DNA of 64,000 nt from Candidatus Tenderia sp. (GTDB lineage: Bacteria > Pseudomonadota > Gammaproteobacteria > Tenderiales > Tenderiaceae), in the NCBI GenBank assembly GCA_031416075.1, contig JANOSY010000045.1, forward strand, positions 1 through 64,000, read 5' to 3'. Numbering within the stretch: position 1 is the first letter of the stretch; the number at the start of each line of letters is the position of its first letter. The position numbers were made by a program, and so were the translations under genes. This document shows, piece by piece, positions 41,096 through 52,277 of the stretch. The notes under the pieces are model-generated. The model made no database searches and was not told the DNA's origin. It worked only from the letters and a program-made list of their open reading frames with translations.

Positions 41096-41656
41096 CTACA
41101 CCAGCAACCCTGACAGATTAATAATGTTTCTTGCCACGTCAGCAATACGTCTGTTCTGGTCCATGGCGGCTTTACGCAACGCCTGGTAGGCACCCTCCTC
41201 ATCACACCCTTTCTGTTTCATGATGATGCCCTTGGCACGGTCAATCTCCTTACGCTCTTCCAGCTCCTGGCGACTCTTATAGAGTTGCAGCCGTAACGCC
41301 TCCACCTGCTGGTAGCGGGCCTGCGCCAGCTCAATCACTGCACTGATGCGCTCTTGTTTAAAGCCATTCACCACGTAAGCGCTCACGCCCGCGTTAATCA
41401 CCGCGGCGGTATCAATTTCACCCTGTGCCTCTGCAAATACCACCACCGGCACTCCAAACAGATGTAACTCTTTTAACATCTCCTTTTTAATCGTAGTGAT
41501 GCTCAGAATCACCAGTTCAACGGCGTTGTCACCCAGGCGATAGGCGTATCCATCCTGTAAACCCTCTTTACCGACCAACTGATGATCCGCCGCCAGCACC
41601 GCTGCCGCCAGCGCTGTCGTCTGTTGTTGTGCCTCTGAAATCAGCAATACTTTCAT
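41096..41656 (-). CDS. nasT: ANTAR-domain response regulator (NasT-like antiterminator)
   Basis: Receiver-like domain with AGVSAYVV; ANTAR ERK.IDRAKGIIM......EE.AY..LRK.AM. Confidence 0.8.
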   Translation of the reverse strand: MKVLLISEAQQQTTALAAAVLAADHQLVGKEGLQDGYAYRLGDNAVELVILSITTIKKEMLKELHLFGVPVVVFAEAQGEIDTAAVINAGVSAYVVNGFKQERISAVIELAQARYQQVEALRLQLYKSRQELEERKEIDRAKGIIMKQKGCDEEGAYQALRKAAMDQNRRIADVARNIINLSGLLV

Positions 41657-41697
41657 TTACTCTACACCCTTCAAACTTAAACCACTCAATAGCACTG

Positions 41698-41713
41698 AGC
41701 AAGGCGTATGCCA
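41698..41713 (-). promoter_or_regulatory. Sigma54 promoter of the nasT-like gene
   Basis: Minus strand TGGCAT-ACGCC-TTGCT; IHF-like AAACAATGTGTTA at 41741-41753; partial NtrC box TGCACCAATGCAGCGCG at 41788-41804. Confidence 0.72.
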
Positions 41714-41908
41714 CATCTAAAAAACAGAACATCATCGAATAAACAATGTGTTACAGAACAAGCGTAATAACCATCCCGCGCAATACATGCACCAATGCAG
41801 CGCGATAATACCCGCTGCGCACCCCTTTGAACGGAAGTAACGCGCCTTGTAGGTAGAAGTTAGAGCTGACTATAATGCGCCATCTTTTTTGAGTGGATAC
41901 CTACCGCC

Positions 41909-42427
41909 ATGTCTGACCACAACCCACTGCAGATCGCCATCCTCACCGTCTCTGATACCCGTACTGAGGAGAACGACCACTCTGGCAACTACCTGGCGGA
42001 GGCCATCACCATCGCCGGCCACCAACTGTATGAAAAGCTGATCCTGGTTGATAACCGCTACAGAATCCGGGCAGCGCTATCCCAATGGATTGCCGCGCCA
42101 GAGGTTCGGGTAGTATTAATCACCGGGGGCACCGGCTTCACTGACCGTGATGTCACCCCTGAAGCTATCGCCCCGCTGCTGGATAAAACAATCCCCGGCT
42201 TTGGCGAACTGTTCCGCCAGCTCTCCTACGAAGAGATTGGCAGCTCCACCATCCAGTCACGCGCCATCGCCGGCATTGCCAATGGCACCTTCATCTTCTG
42301 CCTGCCCGGCTCCTCGGGCGCATGCCGCACCGGCTGGGAGCAGATCATCAAACGGCAGCTCGACAGCTCCAACCAACCCTGCAACATCATTGAGATGCTG
42401 CCACGCATCACCGTCAATTCAAAATAG
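41909..42427 (+). CDS. moaB: Molybdenum cofactor biosynthesis protein B
   Basis: LTVSDTR...D.SG, TGGTGFT.RDVTPEA, GFGELFR..S..EIG.STIQSRA, LPGS. Confidence 0.95.
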   Translation: MSDHNPLQIAILTVSDTRTEENDHSGNYLAEAITIAGHQLYEKLILVDNRYRIRAALSQWIAAPEVRVVLITGGTGFTDRDVTPEAIAPLLDKTIPGFGELFRQLSYEEIGSSTIQSRAIAGIANGTFIFCLPGSSGACRTGWEQIIKRQLDSSNQPCNIIEMLPRITVNSK

Positions 42428-42450
42428 ACCAACGCCGGAGCGGCACCACC

Positions 42451-43686
42451 ATGAATAGCTGTGATACCACCCCCGGCCTGATCGCCGTGGACCAAGCAAT
42501 TAGCCAACTACTGGGGCACGCCAAACCGGCAGTGACAACAGAAGAGATACCACTGTCAAACGCCCTGCACCGGGTCCTGGCCAGTACAGTCACATCAACA
42601 CTCAACGTACCCCCGTTTAACAGCAGTGCCATGGACGGTTACGCCATCAACCACGCAGACCTTGCCACAGATGGCACTACCCATCTGCCACTCTCACAAC
42701 GCATTACAGCCGGCAAACCCAGCCAGCCGCTACAACCCAACACCGCCGCCCGTATTTTTACCGGTGCCCCCCTGCCTGCCGGTGCCAACTGTGTAGTGAT
42801 GCAAGAGAATTGTGTGGAAGCAGATAATGGAGTCACCATCAACACCATTACCAGCGGTGGCAACAACATCAGACAAGCGGGTTGTCATCTTCAACAAGGC
42901 GCAACCGTTTTACAGCGTGGCACACACCTGCAACCGCACCACCTTGGGCTACTGGCATCGGTTGGCGCAGCGAAGCTAACCGTTTACACACAGATTAAAG
43001 TCGGCCTGATCAGTACTGGTAACGAACTGGTAGAGGCAGGGCAACCACTAAACGGAGGCCAGATCTACAACAGCAACCACCCCATGCTCAAGGCACTACT
43101 ACAACAATTGCAATGCACAGTGATCGACTACGGCACCATCGCCGATGATCTTGCACTCACCACCACCACACTGAGCCAGGCCGCCAATGAGTGTGATCTC
43201 ATCATCAGCTCTGGCGGCGTATCAGTGGGCGAAGAGGACCACATCAAAACCGCGATCAATCAACTCGGCACGCTGGAACTGTGGCGGCTGAATATCAAAC
43301 CCGGCAAACCACTCGCCTTTGCCCACATCGGCAACACCCCACTCATCGGACTACCAGGCAACCCAGTCTCCAGCTTTGTCACCTTCTGCCTGCTGGCACG
43401 CCCTTTCATCTGCAAACTACAAGGCTTAACATCACTGCAACCCAAACCGCTGATGGTAAATGCAGGTTTTGCACTGCCCAAAACCGGAACAAGACGGGAA
43501 TACCTACGCGCCACACTCCAGCAAAATGACAACGGCCTACTCTATGCCACACCACTCACCAACCAGGACTCAGCCACCCTAATCTCCCTGAGTCACGCTG
43601 ACGGACTGCTCTGCATCCCCGATAACAGCACCATCCAACACGGCGATCTGCTGGAGTTCTTCACACTGGCCACCTTAACCACATGA
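42451..43686 (+). CDS. moeA: Molybdopterin molybdotransferase MoeA
   Basis: PPFNSSAMDGYA, RIFTGA, STGNEL, SGGVSVGEED, KPGKP, LPGNPVS. Confidence 0.95.
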   Translation: MNSCDTTPGLIAVDQAISQLLGHAKPAVTTEEIPLSNALHRVLASTVTSTLNVPPFNSSAMDGYAINHADLATDGTTHLPLSQRITAGKPSQPLQPNTAARIFTGAPLPAGANCVVMQENCVEADNGVTINTITSGGNNIRQAGCHLQQGATVLQRGTHLQPHHLGLLASVGAAKLTVYTQIKVGLISTGNELVEAGQPLNGGQIYNSNHPMLKALLQQLQCTVIDYGTIADDLALTTTTLSQAANECDLIISSGGVSVGEEDHIKTAINQLGTLELWRLNIKPGKPLAFAHIGNTPLIGLPGNPVSSFVTFCLLARPFICKLQGLTSLQPKPLMVNAGFALPKTGTRREYLRATLQQNDNGLLYATPLTNQDSATLISLSHADGLLCIPDNSTIQHGDLLEFFTLATLTT

Positions 43687-44366
43687 CACAACCAATGGCT
43701 ATACCGGAACAGATCAGCGGCATCATCCTCGCTGGCGGTCAGGGAGAACGCTTCGGTGGTGCAGATAAAGGGCTGCTGCTGCTCAATGAAAAACCACTCG
43801 CCGGCCATGTTGCCACGCGGCTAACACCCCAGGTCAGCCACCTCATCATCAGCGCCAACCGCAACCACGACCAATACAGAGCCCTAGGCTACAACGTAGT
43901 AGCAGATGAACAAGGCCCCTATCTCGGTCCGCTCGCAGGCATCGCCGCCGCACTCGCCACCATCACCACAGAGCTGGCACTTGTTGTTCCGTGTGATACA
44001 CCCTTCCTGCCACACAATCTCTGCCAACGGCTTTACACCGCACTTAAAAAGAATCAAACCGACATCGCCATCGCACACGATGGCCAACAATTACAACACA
44101 TGTGTGTACTCATACAGCGCACACTACTCAGCTCACTCAATCAAGGGCTGAAGGTGGGACATCTCAAGGTACATACCTGGATGGTGCAACAACGACACTG
44201 CATAGTAGATTTTTCCGACCAAGGCGATGCGTTTATCAACATCAATAATAGTCAGGAGCTAACAAATGCAGAAAATAAAATCACCGCTACAAATCACAGC
44301 CACCTGTTGACCTTTCCAAGAGGATGCCGTTGCAGGCGTACATGCCATAGGCCTCGCGATAGTTGA
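43683..44366 (+). CDS. mobA: Molybdenum cofactor guanylyltransferase (3' end runs into the antisense strand of gmd)
   Basis: [30 protein letters not shown]; the last ~16 aa derive from gmd antisense sequence. Confidence 0.9.
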   Translation: MTQPMAIPEQISGIILAGGQGERFGGADKGLLLLNEKPLAGHVATRLTPQVSHLIISANRNHDQYRALGYNVVADEQGPYLGPLAGIAAALATITTELALVVPCDTPFLPHNLCQRLYTALKKNQTDIAIAHDGQQLQHMCVLIQRTLLSSLNQGLKVGHLKVHTWMVQQRHCIVDFSDQGDAFININNSQELTNAENKITATNHSHLLTFPRGCRCRRTCHRPRDS

Positions 44367-44868
44367 CGGTGATCCAGTAACCATAGAGTTTTGCCACTGC
44401 ATAGGGCGAGCGTGGATAGAACGGCGTGGTCTCGCGTTGCGGCGTCTCCTGTACCAGACCATAGAGCTCCGAGGTCGAGGCCTGATAAAAACGGGTCTTC
44501 TTCTCCAGCCCGAGGATGCGAATCGCCTCCAGCAACCGCAGCACACCAATGCCATCAGCATTGGCAGTGTATTCCGGTGATTCAAAGGAGACCGCCACAT
44601 GGCTCTGCGCCGCGAGGTTGTAGATCTCGTCCGGCTGCACCTGCTGGACGATGCGTATCAGGTTGGTCGAATCGGTCATGTCGCCATAATGGAGTATCAG
44701 GCGCCGTCCCTGCTGATGCGGGTCTTGGTAAAGGTGGTCGATGCGATCGGTATTGAACGACGAGCTGCGCCGTTTGATGCCATGCACCTCATAACCCTTC
44801 TTGAGCAGAAGCTCCGCCAGGTAGGCCCCATCCTGTCCGGTGATGCCGGTAATCAACACACGTTTCAT
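44287..44868 (-). pseudogene. gmd: GDP-mannose 4,6-dehydratase, 3'-truncated
   Basis: [32 protein letters not shown], then ACNGIL followed by unrelated [10 protein letters not shown] instead of FNHESP; roughly the C-terminal half is missing. Confidence 0.9.
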
Positions 44869-44879
44869 CGCATCTGCTC

Positions 44880-47300
44880 TCAACTGCTCTTCAATTTATT
44901 CAAGGTGGCGCGCGCCTCCTCAACACCCTGGAACTCAGCCTTGGCTGCCAGCGCCTGTTCGAGATGATGCAGCGCACTCTCTCTGTTGCCCTTGGTGTAA
45001 TAGGCCATGCCGATGTGATAGTGAAGCAGCGCTGCCGACGGCATCTTCTTCAGTGCACTCTCCAGAGTGGCAAGCGCCTGATCGACTTCGCCACGGCGGT
45101 AATGGACCCAGCCCACGGTGTCGAGATAGGCGGGTTCATTGCTGTTTGCCAGCGTCATCACCAGATCACGCGCCTTGTTGAGGCTCTCCTGATCGCTGCG
45201 ATGAGTGACGAGCAGCATGGCGAGATTGTTCCTCGCCATCGCGGAGTCCGGCTTGCGTTTCATGAACTCTTCGTAACGGCCAATGGCGCGGTCGAATTGT
45301 CCCTGCCGTTCATCGAGCGCCGCCATGGAGTAGAGCAGCATCTCATTGTCAGGCAGCTGCTTGAGACCAGCCTCATACGCCTGCTGCGCCCCGGCGGCAT
45401 CGTTACGGGCCAGCCGTGCAGAGCCGAGATTACGGTAGGTGGCGGGGATCTTTGGATTGAGTTCGATGGTAGTTGCAAAAGACTTCTCAGCCTCTGCAGC
45501 ATTGCCTGCGAGCAGCAGCACTTCGCCGCGCAGATTCTGCGCCACAACATTATTCGGAGTGCGTTTGAGTGCGCCCTCCAGAACAGCAAGCGCCTCCTTC
45601 GTCTGCCGTTGCGCGAGGTGGGCCTTAACGATGGCCGTCAGTGGCTCAATCGACTCAGGAGATTTATCCAGCGCCTTGCGATAGGCCGTGATTGCCGCCG
45701 CACTCTTGCCCTGCGCCTCCAGTACCATGCCGCTGTAGTAGTCTCCCTGTGGCAGTTGCGGATAGGTCTTGAGCAGCGTCGCTACAGTCGCCTGTGCCGC
45801 TGGCCACTCCTTGCGCGCCATCTGCAACTTGAACATCGCCTCCAGCGCCTGTGGCTGCGTTGCATCTGCTGCCAGCACCTCTGCCACCAGAGTCCGTGCA
45901 TCATCCAGCTTGTCCTGCCGCATCAGCAACTCAGCCAGACCCAGTTTGACCGTGGCATCCTTCGGCAGCAGTACCGCCGCCTTTTGCAGTGTCTCTTCTG
46001 CCAGCCCTAACTCGTTGTTGAGCACATGGGCCTGCGCCAGCAGCTTCAGCGCCTGATAATTATCGGGCTGATCGCGCAGCACGTTGCGCAGATCGACCAC
46101 TGCCGCCGCCGCATCACGCTTTGTCAGCGCCAGCCCCGCATGAATCATCAGCGCCTCGTTATCGTTACTGTTTTTCTTCAACACTTCGGCAAGCAGCTGA
46201 TCGGCCTCTTTGGTATTGCCTTCGACCGCCAGCAGCCGCGCCAGACGGGAGCGGGCGGTCAACCCTGCCGGTGTCTCCGCCGCAGTGCCGATCACATTTC
46301 TATAGGTGGTGATCGCCTCTTTGGGTTGCCCCGCACGTTCGCGCTCAGCCGCAAACGCAAACTGAAGACCATAGGCCTTGGGATCCTTGCTGATGAACTC
46401 CCGCAACTGCGCTGATGCCTGCTCCGCTGTGCCATGCAGATGGAGGAAATTGACCAGCGCAAGGCGCACGCGCGCCTGATCATCATCCTTGGCAACCGCT
46501 TCGCGCAGCACCGTCTCGGCCTGCGGGTAGTCCTTGCCAGCCTCCAGATAGGCGGCCAGGCGCAGGCGATGGGAGAGATCATCAGGTTTAAGGGCAATCA
46601 CATCACGCAGAATTTTTGCGCCCTGGACGATGTCACCCTGCTGGCCCAGAATCTCCGCCATCACAAATTTGATCCCGAGATGTTTGGGATCGCTGGCAAT
46701 GCCCCGTTGCAGCAGCGCCAGCGCCGCCTCGGGGTGGCCCTGAACCCGCTCCAGTCCGGCCAGCATGATAGTCGCCTCGATATGACCGGGACTCTTCTCC
46801 AGCACCTGACGTGCAAGCGCTGTTGCCTCATCAAGCTTCTGCTGTCTGGCCAGCACGCCAGCTTTTAGCGTCAAGGCATCGGCATTGCCGGGCTCCTTGG
46901 CCAGCGCCTCATCCGCCAGCTCAAGCGCCTTGTCGGCCACACCTGAGAGTAAGTAGAGACGTCCCATGCGCACACGCGCCGCCACATTCGTTGCATCCAG
47001 ATCAATCACACGCTGATAGTTGGCCGCTGCTGCGCGCCAGTTCTGCGTCATCTCATCCATCTGACCAAGCTGATAGAGCGCTTCGATATTTTTTGGATCA
47101 ATCTGCAATACGTTCTTGTATTCAAGCCGCGCCTTCTCGAAATTCTGCTGCGCATAAAATTGTTTGCCGCGCTCCATAAATTCAACCTTACGCCCGTCAG
47201 CGCCATCACAGGCAGAAAGCATGAGCGTGGTGCTGATGGCAAGAAACGAAAGGCCGCGAAGGCCATAACGTGAAGGGTGAGAAGAAACAAGAAAAGACAT
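44880..47300 (-). CDS. Long TPR-repeat lipoprotein (PrsT-like, exosortase-associated)
   Basis: Lipobox LSA|C, many TPRs ([33 protein letters not shown]). Confidence 0.85.
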   Translation of the reverse strand: MSFLVSSHPSRYGLRGLSFLAISTTLMLSACDGADGRKVEFMERGKQFYAQQNFEKARLEYKNVLQIDPKNIEALYQLGQMDEMTQNWRAAAANYQRVIDLDATNVAARVRMGRLYLLSGVADKALELADEALAKEPGNADALTLKAGVLARQQKLDEATALARQVLEKSPGHIEATIMLAGLERVQGHPEAALALLQRGIASDPKHLGIKFVMAEILGQQGDIVQGAKILRDVIALKPDDLSHRLRLAAYLEAGKDYPQAETVLREAVAKDDDQARVRLALVNFLHLHGTAEQASAQLREFISKDPKAYGLQFAFAAERERAGQPKEAITTYRNVIGTAAETPAGLTARSRLARLLAVEGNTKEADQLLAEVLKKNSNDNEALMIHAGLALTKRDAAAAVVDLRNVLRDQPDNYQALKLLAQAHVLNNELGLAEETLQKAAVLLPKDATVKLGLAELLMRQDKLDDARTLVAEVLAADATQPQALEAMFKLQMARKEWPAAQATVATLLKTYPQLPQGDYYSGMVLEAQGKSAAAITAYRKALDKSPESIEPLTAIVKAHLAQRQTKEALAVLEGALKRTPNNVVAQNLRGEVLLLAGNAAEAEKSFATTIELNPKIPATYRNLGSARLARNDAAGAQQAYEAGLKQLPDNEMLLYSMAALDERQGQFDRAIGRYEEFMKRKPDSAMARNNLAMLLVTHRSDQESLNKARDLVMTLANSNEPAYLDTVGWVHYRRGEVDQALATLESALKKMPSAALLHYHIGMAYYTKGNRESALHHLEQALAAKAEFQGVEEARATLNKLKSS

Positions 47301-47366
47301 AAAAAATTCCTTCAGTGACAGAGTGTTTGAGTGGCGTCACTGTAACGCGGTCTGTTTACACTACTG

Positions 47367-48989
47367 TTACAAAACACCGCGAATGAGAATAATCACGAGT
47401 GTCGCGCCTGTCAGAAGACGCACTATGTCGATGCGCCCAGCCACTCTGGGCAGAACCATCTCGATACCGTAATAGAGCACCACAAGTTTTGGAATGTAGT
47501 CGGTCCAGAAGGGGGCAATCTGCTGCGCCTGCGGCAACGTGGGCAGGGCAATCGCCAGAAAGACAATCAGAAAATCAGAGGGGTTGGCCGCGAAACCGCT
47601 ATCCTTCGAATATCTGAAGCCCATCACAACGGCAACCGCCAGCGCGCCAAAAAAGAGCTGGCTCAACGGCAGCCGCTCATGACCAAGACCGGCCAGATAG
47701 AGCAGCACCGCCACCACGATATAGATGACGCCACGCTCCAGCCATGAAATACGCGGTGGCGAGATGCGGGACGCCCGGCTACGCAACCACTCGAACAGCA
47801 ACAGCAGCAGCAACGCCAGACTCAGCAGAGCAATATCCACCGACATGCCGGAGGCCAGCAGCGCCGCGGCCACCATAAAAATGGAGAGCGCCACCATGAC
47901 ATAACCATGTGCAGCGCGCGCCAGCAGTCCATTCCGTCCAATCTGCCTGATCTGCACCAGCCGCTGCTGTGAGATATGCGGCAGATACCGGTTGCAGCGT
48001 TGCGCCAGTGACAACAGGGCGATGACAGCAGCACAAAAAAGGCAGAAGGCTACCAATATGGTTACATCGTTGGCGTAACGCAGCAGGTAGGCCGCCACAG
48101 TCAGACCGGCCTGCAACAGATAGATAACAAAGACCACTTCGTAATGGTTCAGCCCCAGTATCAGCAGGCGATGATGGATATGGTTGCGATCGGGACTGAA
48201 GGGCGAGCGTCCCTCAGAGATGCGTTTCACCATCACCATCGCCGTATCCAGCAGCGGCAACCCCAACAGCAGGAACGGCAGCATGGGGCTAAAATCGGCA
48301 CGGCGCCCCTGCGTCAACATCAACGCCAGCACACCCACCGTCAACCCCAGGAACTGGCTGCCGCCATCGCCCATAAAGATGCGTGCCGGATGGGTATTAA
48401 AGCGCAGGAAACCGAGGATGCTTCCCATCACCGCCAACCCGATAACACTCACAGCATCGAGCTGCACACCATAAGCGAGAAAGACAATCAGCCCGAGACT
48501 CAGAAGCGTTGTCCCCGCTGCCAGACCATCGAGGCCATCGCTGAGATTGATGGCATTGGTGACCGCCAGCAGCACAAACATCGTCAGCGCCACACTCACC
48601 CAGAATGGCAACTCCTCCAGCGCCAGAAAAGGGATGCTGGTGATGTGAACATCACCGTAGAAAATGATGGCGGCAATCGCCACGCCCTGTCCCAGAAATT
48701 TGAGCCGGTAATCGAGATCGGCGCGATCATCCCAAACACCAAAAAACAGGATCACACCCAGCCCCAGCAACACCCCTGCCACCTCACGATCCAGCGGCAA
48801 CCAGACAACCATCGGCACCAGCGCACCTATGGCCATAGCAATGCCACCAATACGGGGTATGGCACCAACATGGACCTTGCGGCCATCAGGTATATCGACG
48901 AATTGAAACCGCTGTGCACCACGCATCAAAGGCGGAATCAACGCCATGGTAATGAGCATGGCGATCACAAAACTCAGCAGCAATACCAT
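47367..48989 (-). CDS. Undecaprenyl-phosphate GlcNAc-1-P transferase (WecA/MraY family) with extra C-terminal membrane region
   Basis: RKVH...PRIGG, GVWDD, NAINLSDGLDGL, FMGDGGS, PDRNHIHH. Confidence 0.9.
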   Translation of the reverse strand: MVLLLSFVIAMLITMALIPPLMRGAQRFQFVDIPDGRKVHVGAIPRIGGIAMAIGALVPMVVWLPLDREVAGVLLGLGVILFFGVWDDRADLDYRLKFLGQGVAIAAIIFYGDVHITSIPFLALEELPFWVSVALTMFVLLAVTNAINLSDGLDGLAAGTTLLSLGLIVFLAYGVQLDAVSVIGLAVMGSILGFLRFNTHPARIFMGDGGSQFLGLTVGVLALMLTQGRRADFSPMLPFLLLGLPLLDTAMVMVKRISEGRSPFSPDRNHIHHRLLILGLNHYEVVFVIYLLQAGLTVAAYLLRYANDVTILVAFCLFCAAVIALLSLAQRCNRYLPHISQQRLVQIRQIGRNGLLARAAHGYVMVALSIFMVAAALLASGMSVDIALLSLALLLLLLFEWLRSRASRISPPRISWLERGVIYIVVAVLLYLAGLGHERLPLSQLFFGALAVAVVMGFRYSKDSGFAANPSDFLIVFLAIALPTLPQAQQIAPFWTDYIPKLVVLYYGIEMVLPRVAGRIDIVRLLTGATLVIILIRGVL

Positions 48990-49004
48990 CTTATCCAGGC
49001 CCCG

Positions 49005-50642
49005 CTAATCAGGAACGTAGCGTGGCAATGCAGGCAACATGGCGGCGGCGAAGCGGGTGAGTGCTGCATCAGCATCAGCAATCTCCTGACCCGGCAACAA
49101 CGGCGCCATCAGGCGCACCAGCGAACCATCAGAGCGGCGGCTGTTCATTGCATCCCACAGCAGATAGCCCTTCACCGCATACTCATTGGTAATAATGCGA
49201 CCACGCTGCTGAAACCAGTAATAGACCAGCAGCTTCTGCTCGCCCTTCTCGATTAGCGCGCGATTGACCTGCATCGGCTGACCTGCATTCACCACGACTG
49301 GCAATCCATATTCGCCAATCTCACTGATCTTCCAGCCACCACCGGGAAGACAGGCACGCGGTGAATGGGGCACCTTGTCGGCACGCTGGGTGGCGTAATA
49401 ACCGACATAGAGATTAATCTTGGAACCCTGCAAATTGCGGTAATCCGCCATCAGATAATCATCAAAATTCAACGCGTCCACATAGATCGCATCAAGACGC
49501 TGCGCCTTGCCATCCCACTCATCAAACGCCATCGGAAAGGATGAGAACTGCTGACGTTCCGGGATAACCTCCGGCCGCTCAGGCAGCGCATACGAGACCG
49601 CCATCACCACCAACACCAATGCGACTGAAACATGGAACGGCACGGGGATGGAGCGGTATCTGAAATCCGCCTTGGATGGTGTGGGCTGCGGAAAGGTCAA
49701 ACCAAATACCTGACGCAACGGCCTCGGGTCTCGACCGATGCGCGTCAGCAACCACATCTCCAGCGCCAGCACGCCGGTGCAGACCATGAACATCACCCAG
49801 CCCTCGAAATCGTGGAGCAGCCCCTCCGCCATCGACGGCCCCCAGTACTCCACCGTCACGCCGATCAGGCCGATGCGGATACTGTTGATAATAATGGTGA
49901 TGGGAATGGTGGAGAGAAACAGCAATACCCGCTTCCACATAGCCACCTTGAAAAAATAGGCGGCGATTAAGCCAAAGGTCATCAACGGAAAGAGATAGCG
50001 CAGACCATTGCACGCCTCGGCCACCTCAAGCTTGTAGGTTCCGAGATCGATCACATTGCCTTCGAGATAGACAGTGATGCCACAGAGGCGCACCACCGCC
50101 ACACCCAGTTGCGACGAAATCAGTTGCAACGAGTTGGAGAGTCCCTGATTGATAAATCCCGGCAATGGCACCATAAACGCCAGAAACAACAGCGGAACAA
50201 AGATCACCCTGAAACCACGCCAGCCAGTAAACGCCAGCGCCAGGCCGAACAGCACCACAACAAATGAGTATTGAATAATGGAGTAGGCAGCACCTAGCTG
50301 CCCCAGCAGAAAGAACAGCACACCGGCCAGCGTCAGCCCGGCGCCTGCCCACGCCCCGGAGAACGGGATCGTTTGCAGGAGATCCTTCTTCTGCCAGATC
50401 AGAAATAGGGTAATGAACGGGATCAGGTAACCGTAGCTATACTCCTCCTGCCCGTTCCACGCCTGAACCATGAAGGAGAGACCATCCTGAAACAGGATAA
50501 TCGCAAGGGCAACCGCCAAGAGGAGTGCACCAAAAACGGCAGGGGACTCTTTCCAGACAGATTCTTCACTAGGAGATATCGTAGACATCAGTGCGGCCAA
50601 CCAGGAGTAATTCGTGGATCGGTTTATGGTGGCCGCAATCAT
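49005..50642 (-). CDS. Exosortase fused to EpsI domain (XrtD/VPLPA-CTERM-type)
   Basis: EEYSYG, catalytic VAEACNGLRYLFPL, N..R, HDFEGW; EpsI-like HSPRACLPGGGW, YWFQQRGR, RSDG.LVR. Confidence 0.88.
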   Translation of the reverse strand: MIAATINRSTNYSWLAALMSTISPSEESVWKESPAVFGALLLAVALAIILFQDGLSFMVQAWNGQEEYSYGYLIPFITLFLIWQKKDLLQTIPFSGAWAGAGLTLAGVLFFLLGQLGAAYSIIQYSFVVVLFGLALAFTGWRGFRVIFVPLLFLAFMVPLPGFINQGLSNSLQLISSQLGVAVVRLCGITVYLEGNVIDLGTYKLEVAEACNGLRYLFPLMTFGLIAAYFFKVAMWKRVLLFLSTIPITIIINSIRIGLIGVTVEYWGPSMAEGLLHDFEGWVMFMVCTGVLALEMWLLTRIGRDPRPLRQVFGLTFPQPTPSKADFRYRSIPVPFHVSVALVLVVMAVSYALPERPEVIPERQQFSSFPMAFDEWDGKAQRLDAIYVDALNFDDYLMADYRNLQGSKINLYVGYYATQRADKVPHSPRACLPGGGWKISEIGEYGLPVVVNAGQPMQVNRALIEKGEQKLLVYYWFQQRGRIITNEYAVKGYLLWDAMNSRRSDGSLVRLMAPLLPGQEIADADAALTRFAAAMLPALPRYVPD

Positions 50643-50714
50643 GACAACTGTTTATGACGCGGGTATTACACACCCCTGCTCTGAACCGGGATAGCAACGA
50701 ATCAATAGCCGTTA

Positions 50715-51353
50715 TCAGGAAGAGGCAGGTCGCACCTTTCTTGCAACCAGCAACATACTTTTCCACAGATATGGAAGGCGTCCGATCCCCTGAAACTCCT
50801 GCACCTCGAACCCCTCCTCTTCAAGCAGCCGCGTCAACATGCTGCGCGAGAAGAACTTGATGTGGCCGCCATCCCATAACGGTGACAAGTGCTGGTCCCA
50901 GTGGCCGGTCACAGCGAGGGCGAGGTTTTTGAGATAACCGTGGTAAGGGGTGGTGATAATGAGCCAGCCCCCCTCCTTGAGCACCTGATTGGCAAAGCGT
51001 GGCAGGGCGCGCGGGGTATAGAGATGTTCGATCACTTCAGTGGAGACCACTGCATCTAAATCGCGTTGCCCCAGTGCCGCTGGATCGTCATAAACACCAA
51101 GATGGCTGAATTGTATTTGCGGAGATGACTCCGCAGCAATGCGTATGCCCTCGGCATCGGCGTCACAACCCATCACATTAAAACCCGAGCGGGCGAGCGC
51201 CTTTGCAATATCACCCTTACCACAGCCCAAATCCAGTACATTGCGCACCCCTAGGCTACGACACGCATTAACAACAGCGGGTTCAAGGTAGCCATTTGAT
51301 GGAACGCTCTGATTTACAGTCCATCCGTAATCTTCAACCCGGAGATGTGCCAT
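50715..51353 (-). CDS. Class I SAM-dependent methyltransferase
   Basis: VLDLGCGKG, EVIEHLY.P, TPYHGYLKN, GGHIKF. Confidence 0.88.
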   Translation of the reverse strand: MAHLRVEDYGWTVNQSVPSNGYLEPAVVNACRSLGVRNVLDLGCGKGDIAKALARSGFNVMGCDADAEGIRIAAESSPQIQFSHLGVYDDPAALGQRDLDAVVSTEVIEHLYTPRALPRFANQVLKEGGWLIITTPYHGYLKNLALAVTGHWDQHLSPLWDGGHIKFFSRSMLTRLLEEEGFEVQEFQGIGRLPYLWKSMLLVARKVRPASS

Positions 51354-51374
51354 GATGACTCCTCTGTTAGATGT

Positions 51375-52277
51375 TCAATGCTTTTGTTCTGACAGCACCG
51401 CTGCTTCACCATGAGGAGAGAGTGTGCGCATAAATTCGCGTGTAACCTGCCACCATGGTGCTGTTTCGTCCCATGCAGCCGGAGCGTTTCGCTTACCATC
51501 CCAATCGCCCCAGATCACGAGACCATCGGCGTGCTGGTGCACGGTCTCAAGCTGCAAACGCCAGTAGTCCGCAGGCAGATACTGCTGCCCCAGGATTTCA
51601 TTGCGCTCGGAATATTGAGGCCACAGAAATACATGAACCGACTTGCCATAACGGCGTGCTTCACGCAGGTGGGCCGTGGCATATTTCACCCATGCATCCC
51701 GGTCTGGATAGTAGGTATACAACGGCAGATAGATGGTATCGACAAGCTCAGCAAAGTCATCAAGACGAGCATTCTCGTCCTGCCATGTCCGGTAGTGGCG
51801 ACTATCCCTGTTTTCCAGTGACCAATGGTATACAACGCCCGGCAAGCGCCCAAAGAATCCAATATTCAGTCCTGGTGCTTCGTTCCTCAGCCACTGCAAG
51901 ACGGTGATATATTTGGCCTGGCTCTCACGCATCTGCGCCTCATCGCCTTCCAGCGGCCAATGTTCTATATCAATGACCACGGGCTTGCGCATGGCACGCA
52001 GATCACGCCCTAAACGGCGGACCCGATACTCGTCAGGCAAACGCTCCATCAGACGTGACGAACGCGTATCTGGCCAGAAACGTGCGGCATAGAGAATTTC
52101 GATCGGCTCTATTCCATAACTGTCTAACCTTGGTTTATTACGGTACAGGGTGGCATCAAACACTTTGAATTTCTCTGTCTCTGGATTGGTTCCTGCCACC
52201 GGCGCAGCCAGCGTCAATGTTGGCAGCCACAATGCCAGCCACAGCAGTGCCACACGGCGATGAAGTGTGGTTATCAT
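51375..52277 (-). CDS. Exported glycoside-hydrolase-like protein (hyaluronidase/GH56-like motifs), paralog 1
   Basis: Signal peptide; VIDIEHWP, IGFFG, YLPLY, FLWPQY, ADGLVIWG. Confidence 0.55.
   Translation of the reverse strand: MITTLHRRVALLWLALWLPTLTLAAPVAGTNPETEKFKVFDATLYRNKPRLDSYGIEPIEILYAARFWPDTRSSRLMERLPDEYRVRRLGRDLRAMRKPVVIDIEHWPLEGDEAQMRESQAKYITVLQWLRNEAPGLNIGFFGRLPGVVYHWSLENRDSRHYRTWQDENARLDDFAELVDTIYLPLYTYYPDRDAWVKYATAHLREARRYGKSVHVFLWPQYSERNEILGQQYLPADYWRLQLETVHQHADGLVIWGDWDGKRNAPAAWDETAPWWQVTREFMRTLSPHGEAAVLSEQKH

Noticed and set aside
44964-46010. 348-aa plus-strand ORF
   Set aside because: Antisense shadow of the TPR lipoprotein gene.
48144-49256. 370-aa plus-strand ORF
   Set aside because: Antisense shadow of wecA/exosortase; Gln/His-rich composition typical of reverse-read membrane genes.
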